Below the pieces are notes generated by a model. It made no database searches. It saw only the letters and a list, made by a program, of their open reading frames with translations, and was not told the DNA's origin. A stretch of 64,000 nucleotides of DNA from the human T2T-CHM13v2.0 reference genome, Homo sapiens. This document shows, in pieces, positions 1-27,212 of the stretch (position 1 is its first letter; each line of letters starts with the position of its first letter). Both the position numbers and the translations under genes were made by a program. The stretch lies in NCBI RefSeq assembly GCF_009914755.1, contig NC_060935.1. One strand, written 5' to 3'.

Positions 1-7512
<7,512 letters not shown>

Positions 7513-7946
7513 TTAGGTTTGTCAGTTTTTCTTACAGTTAGTTTTTTTTTTAATCACTAGGATGTCAGTTTCTCCGTTTTAACATACGTGTTGCAAATAT
7601 TTTCTCTCAGTCTATTATTTTTCTTTTGTTTATTGCTCTTCACAGACATTATGTTTTCTGGCTGTCCAGCACCTTGTAAACAACCATGCAATTTGGGAGT
7701 AACTTTTGGGAAGTCCAAGTGAAACCTCCCAAAATGCAAGGAACTCCCTTGCATCCAGATAGTAAGCGTGGGACCTAGGTTTACAAACAGACTCATCAGT
7801 GCAAGACTGGAATTTTGAAGTGAGCAACTTAAGGAAGGAGGCACACACAGAATTCATTTCTTTGGCAAAGGTAGTGGCAGAGACCACTTTCAGGCCAGAC
7901 AGACCTGGCACAGCAATGGCCTAGGTTAGAAGGGAGTGATGGTGAT

Positions 7947-8090
7947 GTCTACAGCCATACCACCCTGAATGCTGGAAGCTAAGCAGGATTGGGCCTGGTT
8001 AGTACTTGATGTTTATGGCCATACCATCCTCGATGTACCTGATATTGAAAGCTAAGTAGGGTTGGGCCTGGTTAGTACTTGAATAGGAGA
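7947..8090 (+). pseudogene. Two tandem or nested 3'-truncated 5S rRNA pseudogene fragments (7947-8010 and 8011-8090)
   Basis: both start like 5S (gtctacagccataccaccctgaa; gtttatggccataccatcct) and contain aagctaag...gggcctggttagtacttg; flanked by direct repeats gaagggagtgatggtg (7929-7944) and gaaaggggtgatggtg (8089-8104). Confidence 0.88.
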
Positions 8091-8129
8091 AAGGGGTGAT
8101 GGTGGCTTCCTCTAGTGCTTGATGGGGCT

Positions 8130-8166
8130 ATCGCTTCTCAGCCTTTTGGCTAAGATCAACTGTAGT
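8130..8166 (+). pseudogene. 3'-truncated (tailless) U2 snRNA pseudogene, about nt 1-37
   Basis: atcgcttctcagccttttggctaagatcaactgtagt versus U2 ATCGCTTCTCGGCCTTTTGGCTAAGATCAAGTGTAGT; TSD 8113-8129 and 8163-8179 (15/17). Confidence 0.88.
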
Positions 8167-8364
8167 GCTTCGTGGGGCTGCAGCAAGGGTGACAGTTTCC
8201 TCATGAGGGCAGTTCTGCATATGATTTTGGATTGTTCCTGGGTCCAGCCTTCAGCCTGATGCCCTCCACCTCCGGAACATTTTGTGGACTCCCTGAGATG
8301 CTTCTAATAAATTTTCTTCTGCCTTTTCAGCTTGAGTCAGCTGCTGGTGCCAAGAACTAAAGCT

Positions 8365-8501
8365 CTTTTTTATTTTATATATTTTTTTCTTATTTCATGT
8401 CAGACTGACAATATGCCGACATCATAACAAGGTTCGAGGATGGCACATCTCACACATACCTGTGAAAACCCAGTCATCATGCTCATAAACTACAAAAGGA
8501 T
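8365..8501 (-). pseudogene. Full-length processed U13 (SNORD13) pseudogene with A-rich tail
   Basis: reverse complement reads atccttttgtagtttatgagcatgatgactggg...gtctgacatg plus tail; TSD gaactaaagctctt (8354-8367) and gaactaaaactctt (8505-8518). Confidence 0.88.
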
Positions 8502-8972
8502 CTGGAACTAAAACTCTTACCTGCTTTGTTGTCTTTTGCCATACAGAAAACGTTTCATTTTTAGGAAGTTAGATTTTTCACTTTTTTACATGCCTTTTGG
8601 AAAGAATTAAATTGACAGTTACTTTTGGATTTAGATCTAGTATGTCAGTTGTTACGAAGGCAATTCAATAAGCAAGATTGAAGGAAAACAAAGTTTTCAA
8701 ATATTATATAACCTCCTAATGTTTACTCTATATCATTATTTTCTAAATTAAGTTCCAAAGACATCTGTACTTGGACACACAATGTTCATACTGTTCCAAG
8801 TTGGATGTAATAAAACTTCATTTATTTATAAACTCTTTATTACTCAGACATTTTACCAATTTAAAATTGTCCTTTCTATTTGAATTAAAGGAGATTATAG
8901 TTATTTTATGTTAATTTTTACTATCATTTATAATAAAATATCTAACTTATTCCCCTCAAATTTGTATTTTAG

Positions 8973-9048
8973 GCTTTTTTCAAAGACCCAAATGTTATTC
9001 CCAATTTGAAGTTACTTTCAGATTCTTCTGGACAATGGATCATATTAG
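8973..9048 (+). CDS. CFAP300: CFAP300 internal coding exon (probably exon 3), AFFKDPNVIPNLKLLSDSSGQWIIL-G
   Basis: ttttag acceptor at 8971-8972, GTAAAT donor at 9049; 76 nt (phase 0 to 1); translation matches the CFAP300/C11orf70 protein as I recall it and joins in frame to the next exon. Confidence 0.95.
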
Positions 9049-9373
9049 GTAAATAAAATTTTCATCTTTTCAGATACTATTTTACTATTATAAGAAAATT
9101 TTGCCTCAGGAATTTTCATTATTAAAATATAAATTGGGAATGACTCATCTGTTTGATACATCAAGATCAAATATGACCAGCTGTGCCAGACCTGCCCTGC
9201 ATCTCTTTCCTGGGAGTCTACTGCTACTATGCTGGCTTAACACATAAGAGCAATTTTTCTCCCTTTTTATTCATATAAAAGTATTTATTGTGTATTTTCC
9301 ATGTACTCTGCTAGATATAGGGAACATTAAGGTAAATAAGAAAACCTGTACTAAATGAACTTGATATGTTAAA

Positions 9374-9393
9374 ATGTGTGTGTGTGTGTGTGT
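9374..9393. repeat. (TG)n microsatellite
   Basis: tgtgtgtgtgtgtgtgtgt run. Confidence 0.85.
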
Positions 9394-9901
9394 ATGTACT
9401 AATATGTCAAAGGTGCTACCATAGAAGTGTAGCCAAGGGCCAGGCATGGTGGCTCACGTCTGTAATCCCAGCACTTTGGGAGGCTGAGGCGGGCGGATCA
9501 CTTGAGTACAGGAGTTCAAGACCAGCCTGGCCAGCATGGTGAAACCCCATCTCTACTAAAAATACAAAAATTAGCCAGGCGTGGTGGCGAGCACCTGTAA
9601 TACTAGCTACTTGGTGGCTGAGGAAGGAGAATTGATTGGACCTGGGAGGTGGAGGGTTGCCGTGAGCTGAGATTGTGTCACTGCCCTCCACCCTGGGTGA
9701 GAGAGCAAGAATGCCTCAAAAACTAAAAAAAATGTAAAAGTGTGGGCAAGAATGGTCAGTTCTGCCCAGAGGGAAAAGATCAGGAAAGAGTCCACTGATA
9801 TTGGGATATTTGGGCAAAATCTAAATTGAGATGAGTACATGGGTACATGGATTTCTCACAGAGGAATCAGCCAACCACAGGACTTTTTTTTTTTTTTTTG
9901 A

Positions 9902-10310
<409 letters not shown>

Positions 10311-10368
10311 TGAGATTACAGGCGTGAACCACCACGCTCAGCCTAAATTTTTTTTTTTTTTTTTTTAA

Positions 10369-10524
<156 letters not shown>

Positions 10525-12020
10525 TGAAAGAGCCAGAAATTTTTTTTAAGAAAATTACCCAAACACTTAAACACTTAGTAGCACTCACTTAAGTCCCTTC
10601 AATAACTCTTGGGACAAGGAAGAAAGCAGAGTTAATATAAGACTATTTTGGGGAAAAAAAAATGAAAGCTATATTTTAAATTTTAGGTTGAGATTATCTT
10701 AGCAACAGAATGAATAAAAGCAACGTTCCATTTAGAAGGAGAATCTGATTGGTGATATGGATTTATACTCAATAAAATGCATTTTAAATTAGATTTTTTT
10801 TGTTTAGGGGTGTATTTTGGTAAATTACACAAAAGTAACTTAAAGTATTAGTCAAGAACAAGATTACAAACAGTTCATGATGTTAGACTTAGTAGGTCAG
10901 ATTTTATTGCTTTTGGCTAAAGACTACTGCAAAATTTATAGAGCGAAAAGCTGGTACAGACTACTTACAAAATTAAACTGAGTATCTGAGAGAATATATT
11001 TACCCAACTCAAAATTTTCAAAAGGAAATAATCAGAGCCATGTATCACAGTGTTTAGAAAACATGTTTACAGTAACTTCAGTCAATCTATTTGAAAAAAT
11101 AAGGCTCACTGAAATAAGTGCTCAACCCTCTCCCCATGTTAGTACATACACAAAATAGCATTAACTTTATACTAATTTTTGAAAAAATCATTGCAAAAAG
11201 AGGTTCTCAAATGTCTCATGTGCCTGACTTGATGAATTATAGATACTCTGAAAAATAGGACAGAAGAATAATAACACTATTTCAGAAGCAGAAGTTCTAG
11301 TGGAATGTTAGTACTCTTCCACTAGCTCATTTTTATCTCCTTTTACTTTTTCTTTTTCTGCTATATTTCTTTTTCTGAAATACCCCCCTCTTATTTTCCT
11401 CTGGGGCCCTTTTAAAGCAAAAGAAGCAGCTTTTTAAAATAGGTGAAGAGACATTCTTTTGGGAAGTGAACCAGTTCTAAAGAAAGTGATGATGGAACCT
11501 CCTTCACTGTGCTGCACTCCCTGGAGATTGCCAGTTGTCGGTGCTGTTTTATCCTCTCAGCCAGCCGCCATAGCTCCTATGTTTAGATACACTTTGTCTT
11601 TTTTTGATAACATATAATGGATGCTTCCTATGTGCTCAGCTAAGGGCATCATACACATTAACTCCTTTCATTCATGAAACAATGCAAGAAAGGTAGTATT
11701 ATATATCACTATTTTACAAATGAATAGTCAGAGGCATAAGCTAAGTAATGTGTGCAGTTTTACTCGACTGAGTGAGCAGAGGATCCAGAATTGAAGACAT
11801 TCACCACTTCACTCTCCTGCCTCTGTCACTTCCACGTTGATGGGGTTGCCAGAAAAGTACTAACTTAAGACACCGAATGATAAGGAGGCACCCAGTGTTT
11901 TATAATGCTAGTACTAGGGAAAAACTGTGTTCTTTCTGTATGTGATCATAGTGATGCATTACATGTCTTATAAATGCTGGGGACATAATTTAATGAAATT
12001 CCTACATAAAAAATAGCATG

Positions 12021-14045
12021 TGTTATGGAGTGAGTTGTGTCCCCACCCCTAAATTCATATGTTTAACCCCTAACCCTTCAATGTGATGGTTTTTGGAGAT
12101 GGGGCCTTTGGAAAATAAATTAGGTTTAGATGAGGGCACTAGGGTGGGGCCCTCATGGTGGGATTAATGCCTTTATAATAAGAAGTAAAAGCACTAGAGC
12201 CATCTAAGTACACAGAAAGAAGACAATTTTCTGCAAGCCAAGAAGAGTGCCTTCACCAGCAACTGAATCATCTGGACCTTGACCTTGGACTTTCTAGCCT
12301 CTAAAACTTTGAGAAATACATGTCTATTGTTTAAGCCACCCAGACTATGGCATTTTGTTATAGCAGCCCAAGGTGACTAAGATGGATCTTGGTACTGAGA
12401 AGTGAGGAGCTGCTGTAACAAATACCTAAGAATGTGGAAGTGGCTTTGGAACTGAATGATGGATGGAAGCTTGAGGTGCATGTATACGGACACTATGGGC
12501 AATTCTGGTGATAGCGCCCAAGGAAATAAGGGATATGTTATTGGAAACTGGGGTAAAGGTGATCTTTGTTATAAAGTGGCAAATAACTTGGATGAACTGT
12601 TTTCTATTGTTTTATGGAAGGTAGAACTTATAAGTGATGAAATTGGAGATTTAGCTGACGAGATTTCTAAGCAAAGTCTTAAAGTAATGTCTTGCTTATA
12701 GTAAAGTATGAAAGAAGAGAGATGAATTGCAGAAGGAATTGTTAACCAAAAATGAACAAACATTTGAAGATTTGGAAAGTTTTCAACCTATCCTTATTGT
12801 AAAAAATGAGAAGGTTTGTTCTGAAGAGAACACTGTTCAGAACACTGAACAGCCATTTGATAAAGAGATCATGGGTATGACTTATGGACTTAATGAGCCA
12901 TTTCAACAGAAGTCAGGAATAGAGATGGAATTATATCAGCAGCAAAGACTCTGCTAGTTTGAACAATGAGATGAGATGAAGGAAGGCTGTTGGCCTTCTT
13001 AGATCCTGCAAGACTGGACCATAGAGCTATTGGGCTGTGAACATGCGCTATTCTTCAAGAAAAGGTTAGAAAGACCCCGAAGCAATTCAGAGATCTTCAG
13101 GGCCATCAGGGCCACTGCCTCCATTTCAACAGGCCAGATGGCCTCCAGCCAAAGCCTTGGAGGCAGGGCCACCCTGCAGAACATACGGGCTAAATTGGCC
13201 CCTGTGGAACCTTGGAGATTGGGCCACCCGGAGCCTTCAGGGCTCTACCGCCACCAGGGTAGAAGCAAGACTGCCACCTCGGTGGGTCCAGAGGCAGAGT
13301 ATCAAACCAAAGAAGATTATCCTTGAGCATTTAAGATCTAAAGGAATTTGACTTTCTACGTTAAGGGCTTGCTTGACACCTGTCACCCCTTTCTTATTTC
13401 CTGTTTCTCCCTTTTGGAATGGAAATGACTAGCCTATGTCTGTCCCACCTATGTATTTTGGAAACACATACCTTGTCCTTCTTCACAGGTTTACAGCTGG
13501 AGAGGAATTTTGCCTTAGCATGAATCATACCTCAAGTCTACCCATGTCCAATTTTTATGATATTTAGAAGAAACTTTGGACTTTAGAGTTGATACTGGAA
13601 TGAGTGAAAATTTTGGGAGCAGGACAAGGTGGCTCACCCCTGTAATCCCAACACTTCAAGAGGCCAAGGTGGGAGGATCACTTGAGCCCAGGCATTTGAG
13701 ACTAGCCTGGGCAACACAGCAGACCCTATCTCTACAAAAAACTATCTGGCTGTGTTGGCACACACCTGTAGTCCCAGCTATTCAGAAGGCTGAGGCAGAA
13801 GAATCACTTGAGCCCAGGAAGTTGAGGCCACAATGAGCCATGATCACATCACCACACTGCAGCCTGGGTGACAGAGTGAGACCTTGTTGAAGAAAAAAAG
13901 AAAAAAAAAGTTTGTGGGGCTGTTGGAATGGAATGAGTGTATTTTGCATGTGAGAAGAACATGAATTTGGGGTCCTAGTGGTTACATGTTATAGACTCAA
14001 TGACTGAACTATGCCTTTCTTAATTCATATTTTGAAGTCCCATGA
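12021..14045 (+). mobile_element. MaLR (MLT1A/MST-like) element: 5' LTR about 12021-12383, internal region, Alu insert about 13620-13910, start of 3' LTR about 13987
   Basis: LTR start tgttatgga...aaattcatatg...gtgatggt...ggggcctttgg; LTR end ttgtttaagccacccag...tatagcagccc; internal start ggtactgagaagtg; decayed internal ORFs 12456-13326. Confidence 0.8.
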
Positions 14046-14247
14046 CCATCCCTCCTTCTACCTCATTGAAACCCAATTATTTCCCAAAGGCCCCATCTCC
14101 AACTACCATCACGTTGAGGGTTAGAGCTTCAATATATGAATATTTGGCCATACAGTTCAGTCCATAGAAAATGCTATTTTTTATGTCTCAATATATGAAT
14201 TTTGAAGAGATAGAATTCAGTCCACAGCAAATGCTATTTTCATATCT
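14041..14247 (-). repeat. Inverted copy of the LTR 5' end plus flank, followed by a tandem duplicate of about 60 bp
   Basis: reverse complement of 14041-14186 aligns to 12004-12157; tcaatatatgaat...ttcagtcca...aaatgctatttt occurs twice (about 14129-14187 and 14188-14247). Confidence 0.8.
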
Positions 14248-15546
14248 CTTATTAAGTGGTTTGAACTTAATCATATTTTTTCACCATCCAAACCCTCCTT
14301 CCACTCCCCAAATCAGAGCTAGGGTAGGCTAATTAAAATGGCATGCCCGATGTCAGTCCCTCCTCCTGTGTCCACTGACCAATCTTCAGAAACTATCGGG
14401 CTCTACACTGGTCTTGTTTTTTTGGACTTTCAACATCACCTAGAACTCCTCTTATCATTTCCTATGGTCTCCTTTTTTCTTTATCTAATCCCTCAGAGGA
14501 TCTTACCTCTAAACAAAGGAAGCTTCTTAGCAGCATAGCTTTTGCAATTACTGAGGCATACACAGTTCCTGGCTCCAGGCATCCTTCATGCCTCCACATG
14601 AGCCCAGCTCAGGACATAGAATAACAGGTCCTAGCATGACTCTCAAGTGGACAGCCAAAAGAGCTAGTGTAAACATTCACCAGCATTACTTACTCTTCTT
14701 AAGCACAAGCTACTTCTCAGGTCAGAGATCCAGCAAATGTATCCAGGGTAGGGATACACCGAGGGCCACCACACCTAGGTCTACAATCTTAGAGCTTTGA
14801 ACAAAAGAACACCACCACTGTTCTATCAGAATGAGAGTGTGTGTATATGTGTCTACATAGAGACTGATTCAGTGATCGATGGAGGTAATAATAAAAATAT
14901 TCATTTTAATCTTTATGACTTTCTGTAATTTAATGGGACCTCTAGTAGCAGAAAATCCATTCCTGAATGATAAATTCAGGAAATAAGTGTGGGATAGGGA
15001 ATGGAGGATGGGGCAAAACTAAGTCTACAAGAGAAAAATAGACAAAATGCCGTTATTTCAGTTTTCTGTAATTCTGAATTTGTGATAATTTGATTAGGGC
15101 CTGATTTGAAATTTACCTTCACTTAGAAACCGTCTTTTATAGTAAATACTATAAATGAGATCCCAAGGGAGAAATTTTTTGTTTGTTTGTTTGTTTGAGA
15201 TGGAGTCTCATTTGGTCACCCAGGCTGGAGTGCAGTGGCGTCATCTCGGCTTACTGCAAACTCCACTTCCCAGCCTCCCGAATAGCTGGGATTACAGGAG
15301 CCTGCCACCACATGCAGCTAATTTTTGTATTTTTAGTAGAGATGGGGTTTCACCATGTTATCCAGGCTGGTCTCGAACTCCTGGCCTGGCTGGTCTCAAA
15401 CTCCTGACCTCAAGTGATCCACCTGCCTCGGCTGTCCATAGTGCTGGAATTACAGGCATGACCCACCACACCAGCTAAGAAATTTTTAAATGAAGAGAAA
15501 ATGTTTTCAAGATACACTCAAGGACTTTACAAATGCTCATCAATTA

Positions 15547-15837
<291 letters not shown>

Positions 15838-16041
15838 TCAAAGAAAAAAAAAAGTGAGTTATAAAGCATTAAGCATAATAGGAATAAAAAATCATACGAA
15901 GCAATTCCTATGCTTTTATAGGCAATTCTGATAATATATGCATTAAGAATCCTCTACTACATTTTTTTAAAATGTATTTCATTTTTAAGTATCCTCTAAT
16001 TTATATTCATCTAGTCCAGAAATGGTGAGATTTTGTTATAA

Positions 16042-16191
<150 letters not shown>

Positions 16192-16479
16192 TAATTAGCC
16201 ATGCCTGGCTAATTTTTGTATTTTTAGTAGAGACGAGGTTTCGCCATATTGGCCAGGCTAGTCTCGAACTCCTGACCTCAAGTGATCCACCCTCCTTTGC
16301 TTCCAAAAGTGCTGGGATTACAGGCATGAGCCACCATGCCTGACCTTGTTATAAACTCTTAATGATTAACAGAAATGAAGAAGCTACAAAATAAGAATTT
16401 AACAAAATTCATAAACTAATATATATTTTAAATATATCAAAAATGTCATATTTGTTAACTTCTTAGAATTTCTGCATAG

Positions 16480-16737
<258 letters not shown>

Positions 16738-16924
16738 TAAAATTTCGCAGTGGAATTTTATTTCAGGAAATGCAAAAATGGCAAAAACTTTGCCTGCTTA
16801 AAGCATAAAATACCTTGTCATAAAATACCACCTATTTATAAGTAATGATCGGTAATAATCCTAACATTGGTAGATTTCTACTTAGATGGCACTTTAACCA
16901 TCAACTTAATTATTTGTGTATTTT

Positions 16925-17056
16925 AGTAATTCTCAAATAGGTGCTACTAACATCTGATGGGTAGAGATGCTGCGAAACGTCATATAACTCACAGGACAGT
17001 CACAACAAAGTTATCTGGCTCAAATTATCTATAGTGCTGAAGCAGGAAAGTCCTGG
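16925..17056. mobile_element. MER20-like hAT DNA transposon remnant
   Basis: gtgctactaacatct...gggtagag...gatgctgc...caggacag...atagtgctga motifs. Confidence 0.45.
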
Positions 17057-17757
17057 CCTATTTAATAAGGCCATTTTTGCTCAATGTGGGCCTTTTAACT
17101 TATCAAATGAATATTAAAAACATCCCGGAGCTGGGCACAGTAGCTCTCGCTTGTAATTCCAGCACTTTGGGAGGCTGAGGCAGGTGGGTGGTTTGAGCCC
17201 AGGAGTTCAAGACCAGCCTGGGCAACATAGCAAAACCCTGTCCACAAAAACTACGAAAGTTAGCCAAGGCTGGTGGCTCACACCTGTATTCCCAGCTGCC
17301 TGGAAGGCTGAAGTCCCAGCTGCTCGGAAGGCTGAAGTGAGAAGATTGAGTCTGGGAAGTCAAGGCTGCAATGAGCTGTGATCATGCCACTGCACTCCAA
17401 CCTGGGCGACAGAGCAAGACCTTGTCTCAAAAATAAACTTAGATAAATAAATAAAAACATCCCAGGAGTAAAAGAATCTTTTTATCTCATTGCTAATATC
17501 AACAAAGCCATTGGATTAACTAAATTCAAATTTGTTTCAGTGAAAAGTACACTGAACTTGGAATTAAATTATATAGATTATTTACCTGATTCCTGATTTA
17601 TTATTTAGAAGATAATAGTCTTAGGCAAATTTCTCAATCTTTTGAGCCTCAAGATCTTATCTATACAACATGAAGATGAAAGTGCCCATTCTACCTTCTT
17701 CCTAAAATCATTGAGAAAATTAATTGAAGCATTTACATGTACCTTTTAGAAATATCA

Positions 17758-18001
<244 letters not shown>

Positions 18002-18667
18002 TTATTGATATTATCATCGTTACAATTATTGAGAGTATTAAAGTAGTTAAAAATGAGGGCTTTCATGTCAAATAGCCATATGTTCAAATCCAGTCTTTGT
18101 CACTTAGTAACTGATCCTTAACTTCTCTAAGCTTCAGTTTCTTCATCTATAAAGTAGGCATAATGTGAGAATTATGTGAGATAATGCACTTACTCTGCTT
18201 AGCACAATGGCTGGAGCTTAGTAAGTTTTCCAAAATATTAACAACTACTATTAATTACTACTGTTATTATTATCCTTAATTAAGAGAGAAGGGAGACGTA
18301 CAAGTCTGATGTATTACAAATCCAGATAGCAGTGAACTAGGGAAGCTACTGATCCATCATTCCGGACACAGGAATCTTGTCTGTAGGAGAAAGGGAGGTA
18401 TCCAACCAGTCTACACTAAGGCAATACCTAAAAGCACTCATTAACTTAGTTAAAGAAGAAAATAAAATTAACTTACTGAGAATACCCAAATACACACAAT
18501 TGAATGAGACTACATATAGTTTGCTCTTAGGTAAATGAAGTATATCTAACATGAGATAATATAAATAATATACATGGCTGGGCGTGGTGGCTTACTTCTG
18601 TAATCCCAGCACTTTGGGAAGCCAAGGTGGGCAGATCACCTGAGGTCAGGAGTTCGAGACCAGTCTA

Positions 18668-18868
<201 letters not shown>

Positions 18869-19578
18869 TTAAACAAAACAAAACAAAAAATACTATGCAG
18901 TAGGGATCTCATATTAATTTCTACTTCTCCTTACCAAGGATTGGAAATTACTAATCAGGAAATGTTTGGTCTGGGTTTCCCTCCTTTTGGATACTACTGT
19001 CAGCTCTTCTCTCTCACACTTCTTCTCTGGCATAAGGGTCTAAAGACCCTTACCTCTAATTTTAGATAATTCACTGTCACTTCTACAGAAAGAGCATCAT
19101 CAGTGGACATTTTTTTTAAAAAAGAAGTATTAGTTTTCCAACAGAATACTCTGCAAAACTGCTTGCTGTCTGTCTTATTTATTGCCATGAATAGCACCTT
19201 TATTCATGAAATGCTGGAGCTCAGTGTTTTTCTACTAGTTGCCTGTATGGCTTGCTCTTGGGTTCATTGCTACTCTGTGGCAATAGGGAGGAAAGGCTTT
19301 TAACTTGGTTGCTTTCTGGCTGATAAAAAATAAAACTAACATCCAGCTTCAGCCTGAACTAAAAAGGGTCCCCCATTGTGCAGCACTACAGATTGTATTG
19401 CCTCACTGTAATGTAGTAAGTACTAATAACCACTTTCCTGACTGTGGCTCAGAAGTGTGACCTCTAAGAGCTACGTAGCTGAAGAGATCTGTATGTGAAT
19501 GGAGAGGGAGAAAAGCCATAGAATATTATGTTTTCACATTCATTCCAAAAAATTTTTAAAAATTATTATATTTTTTTA

Positions 19579-19896
<318 letters not shown>

Positions 19897-20619
19897 TCAT
19901 GGTGGCGTGTACCTGTAGTCTCAGCTACTTGGAAGGCGGAGGTGGGAGGATTGCCTGAACTCAGGAAGTTGAAGCTGCAGTGAGCCAAGATGGCACCATC
20001 GCACTCCAGCCTGAGTAACAGAGTGGGACCCTGTCTCCTCCACCCCCCAAAAATTGCACAGCCTAATCAGTTCAATATATGAGAGTATTCATGTAAGAAA
20101 TGTGTTAACTATTCATTCCTAAGTACTTTATTCACCTTTCTCTTAAGCCAGATCTTCAGATAGTTGCAAACATGGGCCTCAATAACACATCATCATTTTC
20201 TTACAGAGGGAGGGAAAGAGGGAGGAAGGAAGGAAGTGGAGATATGCAAGTGTTACATGTGGCACACCCAGAGAGCAATTAAGTATGGACTGCTTTCCCT
20301 TACCTATATTTTCCTAGACATACCTAACCTTGGTTTTCATCAAGGCATTATAAATAAACTGTGTATGGACAACACCATAGAGTTGAGTTTTTTAAATACT
20401 TCTTATATGCAAAGACCTGTTGGTAAGTTTTCTGTAGAGACTGTGAATGAGCTTAATCAATTTTCATAATTAAGTGCACTTGCTACTAGACAGTGATTGT
20501 TGTATAATTCATTGTATTTTCCTTTTACCCTTGTATGGTAGTGTTAAGTGTAATGTACAATTTTGATAGCCTTTCTCCATCTGGAGTTCCTGTTTGTTTG
20601 TTTATTTATTTATTTTTGT

Positions 20620-24670
<4,051 letters not shown>

Positions 24671-25941
24671 TGTAAAGTTGTTTATATGTATTTTTTTTTC
24701 CACTTTATTTCTTGACCATAGTTTTTTTGTCCTTTATTATTTGGGTCTTATTATATCTATATTTTACTTTTAGTTATTTCACATTCTTTTTTTTTTTTTC
24801 CTCTGTCACCCAGGCTGGAGTGCAGTGGTGCAGTCACAGTTCGCTGCAGCTTCAATCATCTTCTGAGCTCAAGCAATCCTCCCACCTCAACCTCCTGATT
24901 CACTAGGGCTACAGGCATTCACCACCACGTCCAGCTTATTTTGGGGGGTGGTTTTAGTAGAGATGAGGTCTCACTGTGTTGCTCAGGCTGGCCTCAAGCT
25001 CCTGGCCTCAAGCGATCCTCCTGCCATGGCCTCCCAAAGTGCTGAGATTATAGGCACAAACCACCATGCCCAGCCTTCACATTCTATTTTTAAAATAGGG
25101 AGGCTGAGGCAAGAAGGTCACTTGAGCCCAGGAGTTTGACACCAGCCTGAGCAACATAGTGAGACTCCATCTCTAAAAAAAGAAAAAATCAAGTAGGTAG
25201 GATATAAACAATCCAGTGGAAAAAATATATGTTATATCTTACATTGGTCACCTTTTTATACCCACTACAATCGATAAATGAATCAGTGGTCTGTATTTCC
25301 CAATGGCATAAGAAAATCCCCTACATCGGATCTAGTTTTCTGCTTTCTGTATGAGGTAGCAAGACCTCAGAAGAGCAAGAGTCAGTGTCAATAGGTGATG
25401 TGTGAAGTGATCTTACTAGATGAGAGCAGGAAAGCGAGAGCTGGATATGAGGCTCCAGCACCTGAATGGTTCAAAAAGGAGTACTTGTGGGAGTAAGAAC
25501 AATCGTGATCCAAAATCCATAAGAGGAGAGAGCTTAGAAAATGACCGTTTAGTCTCTGGGTAGAAGCCAAGACGGAGGCCTTATGGGATGGAGAAGTGTC
25601 CTCATTTATTTATGCTCCTATTTATTTCCAAATAAGATTTGAGGTGACATAACACTAAAACAATTACTAAAAATATAAACTAGAAAAAAGAAATAAAGTG
25701 GAAGGAGGGAAGACTTAGCCACTGTGTTTTAAATTTTGATTTGTTCTTTTCATTGAATGTCAGTTCCTAATGATAAAATAGAGGCAAATAAATGCAGATT
25801 ACAGGTTACTCTCTTCAGTTGACTCAAGATTGGTTCTTAAAATAGGTGTAAGATTATTTTTAAGTCTATAAAATGAAACCTTTGAAAACAAAAGTAAAAA
25901 TCTTGAGTTATGTTACATTAAGATGAATTTTATCGTCTTAG

Positions 25942-26115
<174 letters not shown>

Positions 26116-27147
26116 TAATGTTGCTAGATCACAATATGTAAATCTCTAGTTAATAGAATAAATTATTTGCTTAACCTTGATGGAATTACACAACATCATT
26201 CAGTGGTTATATTAACAACCAAAGCATATAAAAAGCTCTACCCTTACCCCCCTCTCATAACCTTCCCCCTCTCTTCCAGAATAGAAAGATTTCTGGATTT
26301 CTCTCTCATTTAGTTCTCAGTCCCCTCATTCTTCATCTAGCTCTTCTGCTTTTTTCCTCATTCAGACCTGTTACAAACTGCCATCTTCCAAGCCTTCTTT
26401 TTTTCTTACCAAGCCTCCTTTTAAATCTGAAGGGAACACAAGAGATCCCTCCAGATGTTTGAGTTTGCTTAACTAATAGTAAAAACAATTATTACCTTTG
26501 TTCCAAAGAAGTGGAAGAATTTTCACGTAGGTGTAATCTTTACCTTTTCAAATTAATCCCAGTGCTTATGCAGTTTGAAGTATTCTAGTAGCATTTTTCT
26601 TTTTGAAGATCAAATGAGAATTAAAACCTTACAAATTTCTTATTTGTACCTTTCTTTTAACTGAAATGAATGTTCTTTGGTTGGGTTTTTCAGTTATGAA
26701 GATATTGGATCATCTTAATAGGCAAAACAATAGAAAGCAAAAGATCTTAAAAGTTAGTTATATAATTTTACTTTAATAGGAGAAAACAAGAATTAGCTTC
26801 TCATTGGACTCATAATTGTTACTTTACTTATACTCAACACCTTAATTCTCATATCCATTCCATGTGTCATATAGCTATACAGCAAACTGCATAATTTAGT
26901 TATGCAATTAATTTATTTTATGGTTTTAAAAACAGAAAAATGTTTCTATAATCTCTCTGTGATTTTAATGAACAAGTTATTGTCAACACATACAGATTAT
27001 TGGAAGAAGATATGTTAGAAACAGAATTTCAGAAAAAGCATACACATACCTATTAATATATCAAACATACTGTCCTAATTATTTGAAGTTCATGTAAACC
27101 TGCTCGACTGCTTCTAGCACTCCCTGAAGATACTTCTCTGTATACCC

Positions 27148-27212
27148 TACACATACACACACACACACACGCACTCATGCACGTACACACATACTACTAC
27201 CACTACTACCAC
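27148..27212. repeat. (CA)n and (CTA/CCA)n low-complexity repeat
   Basis: acacatacacacacacacacacgcac...tactactaccactactaccac. Confidence 0.75.

Noticed and set aside
7947-8166. 5S and U2 matches as functional RNA genes
   Set aside because: Truncated, internally deleted, mutated and flanked by TSDs; the 5S copies lack the 3' end and terminator
7929-8179. Repeat-spacer-like pattern suggesting a CRISPR-type array
   Set aside because: The repeats are two different TSD pairs and duplicated 5S sequence, not a constant repeat with unique spacers; eukaryotic context with no cas genes
12456-13351. Cluster of + strand ORFs as a novel gene
   Set aside because: Decayed MaLR internal region between LTRs, with frameshifts and stops
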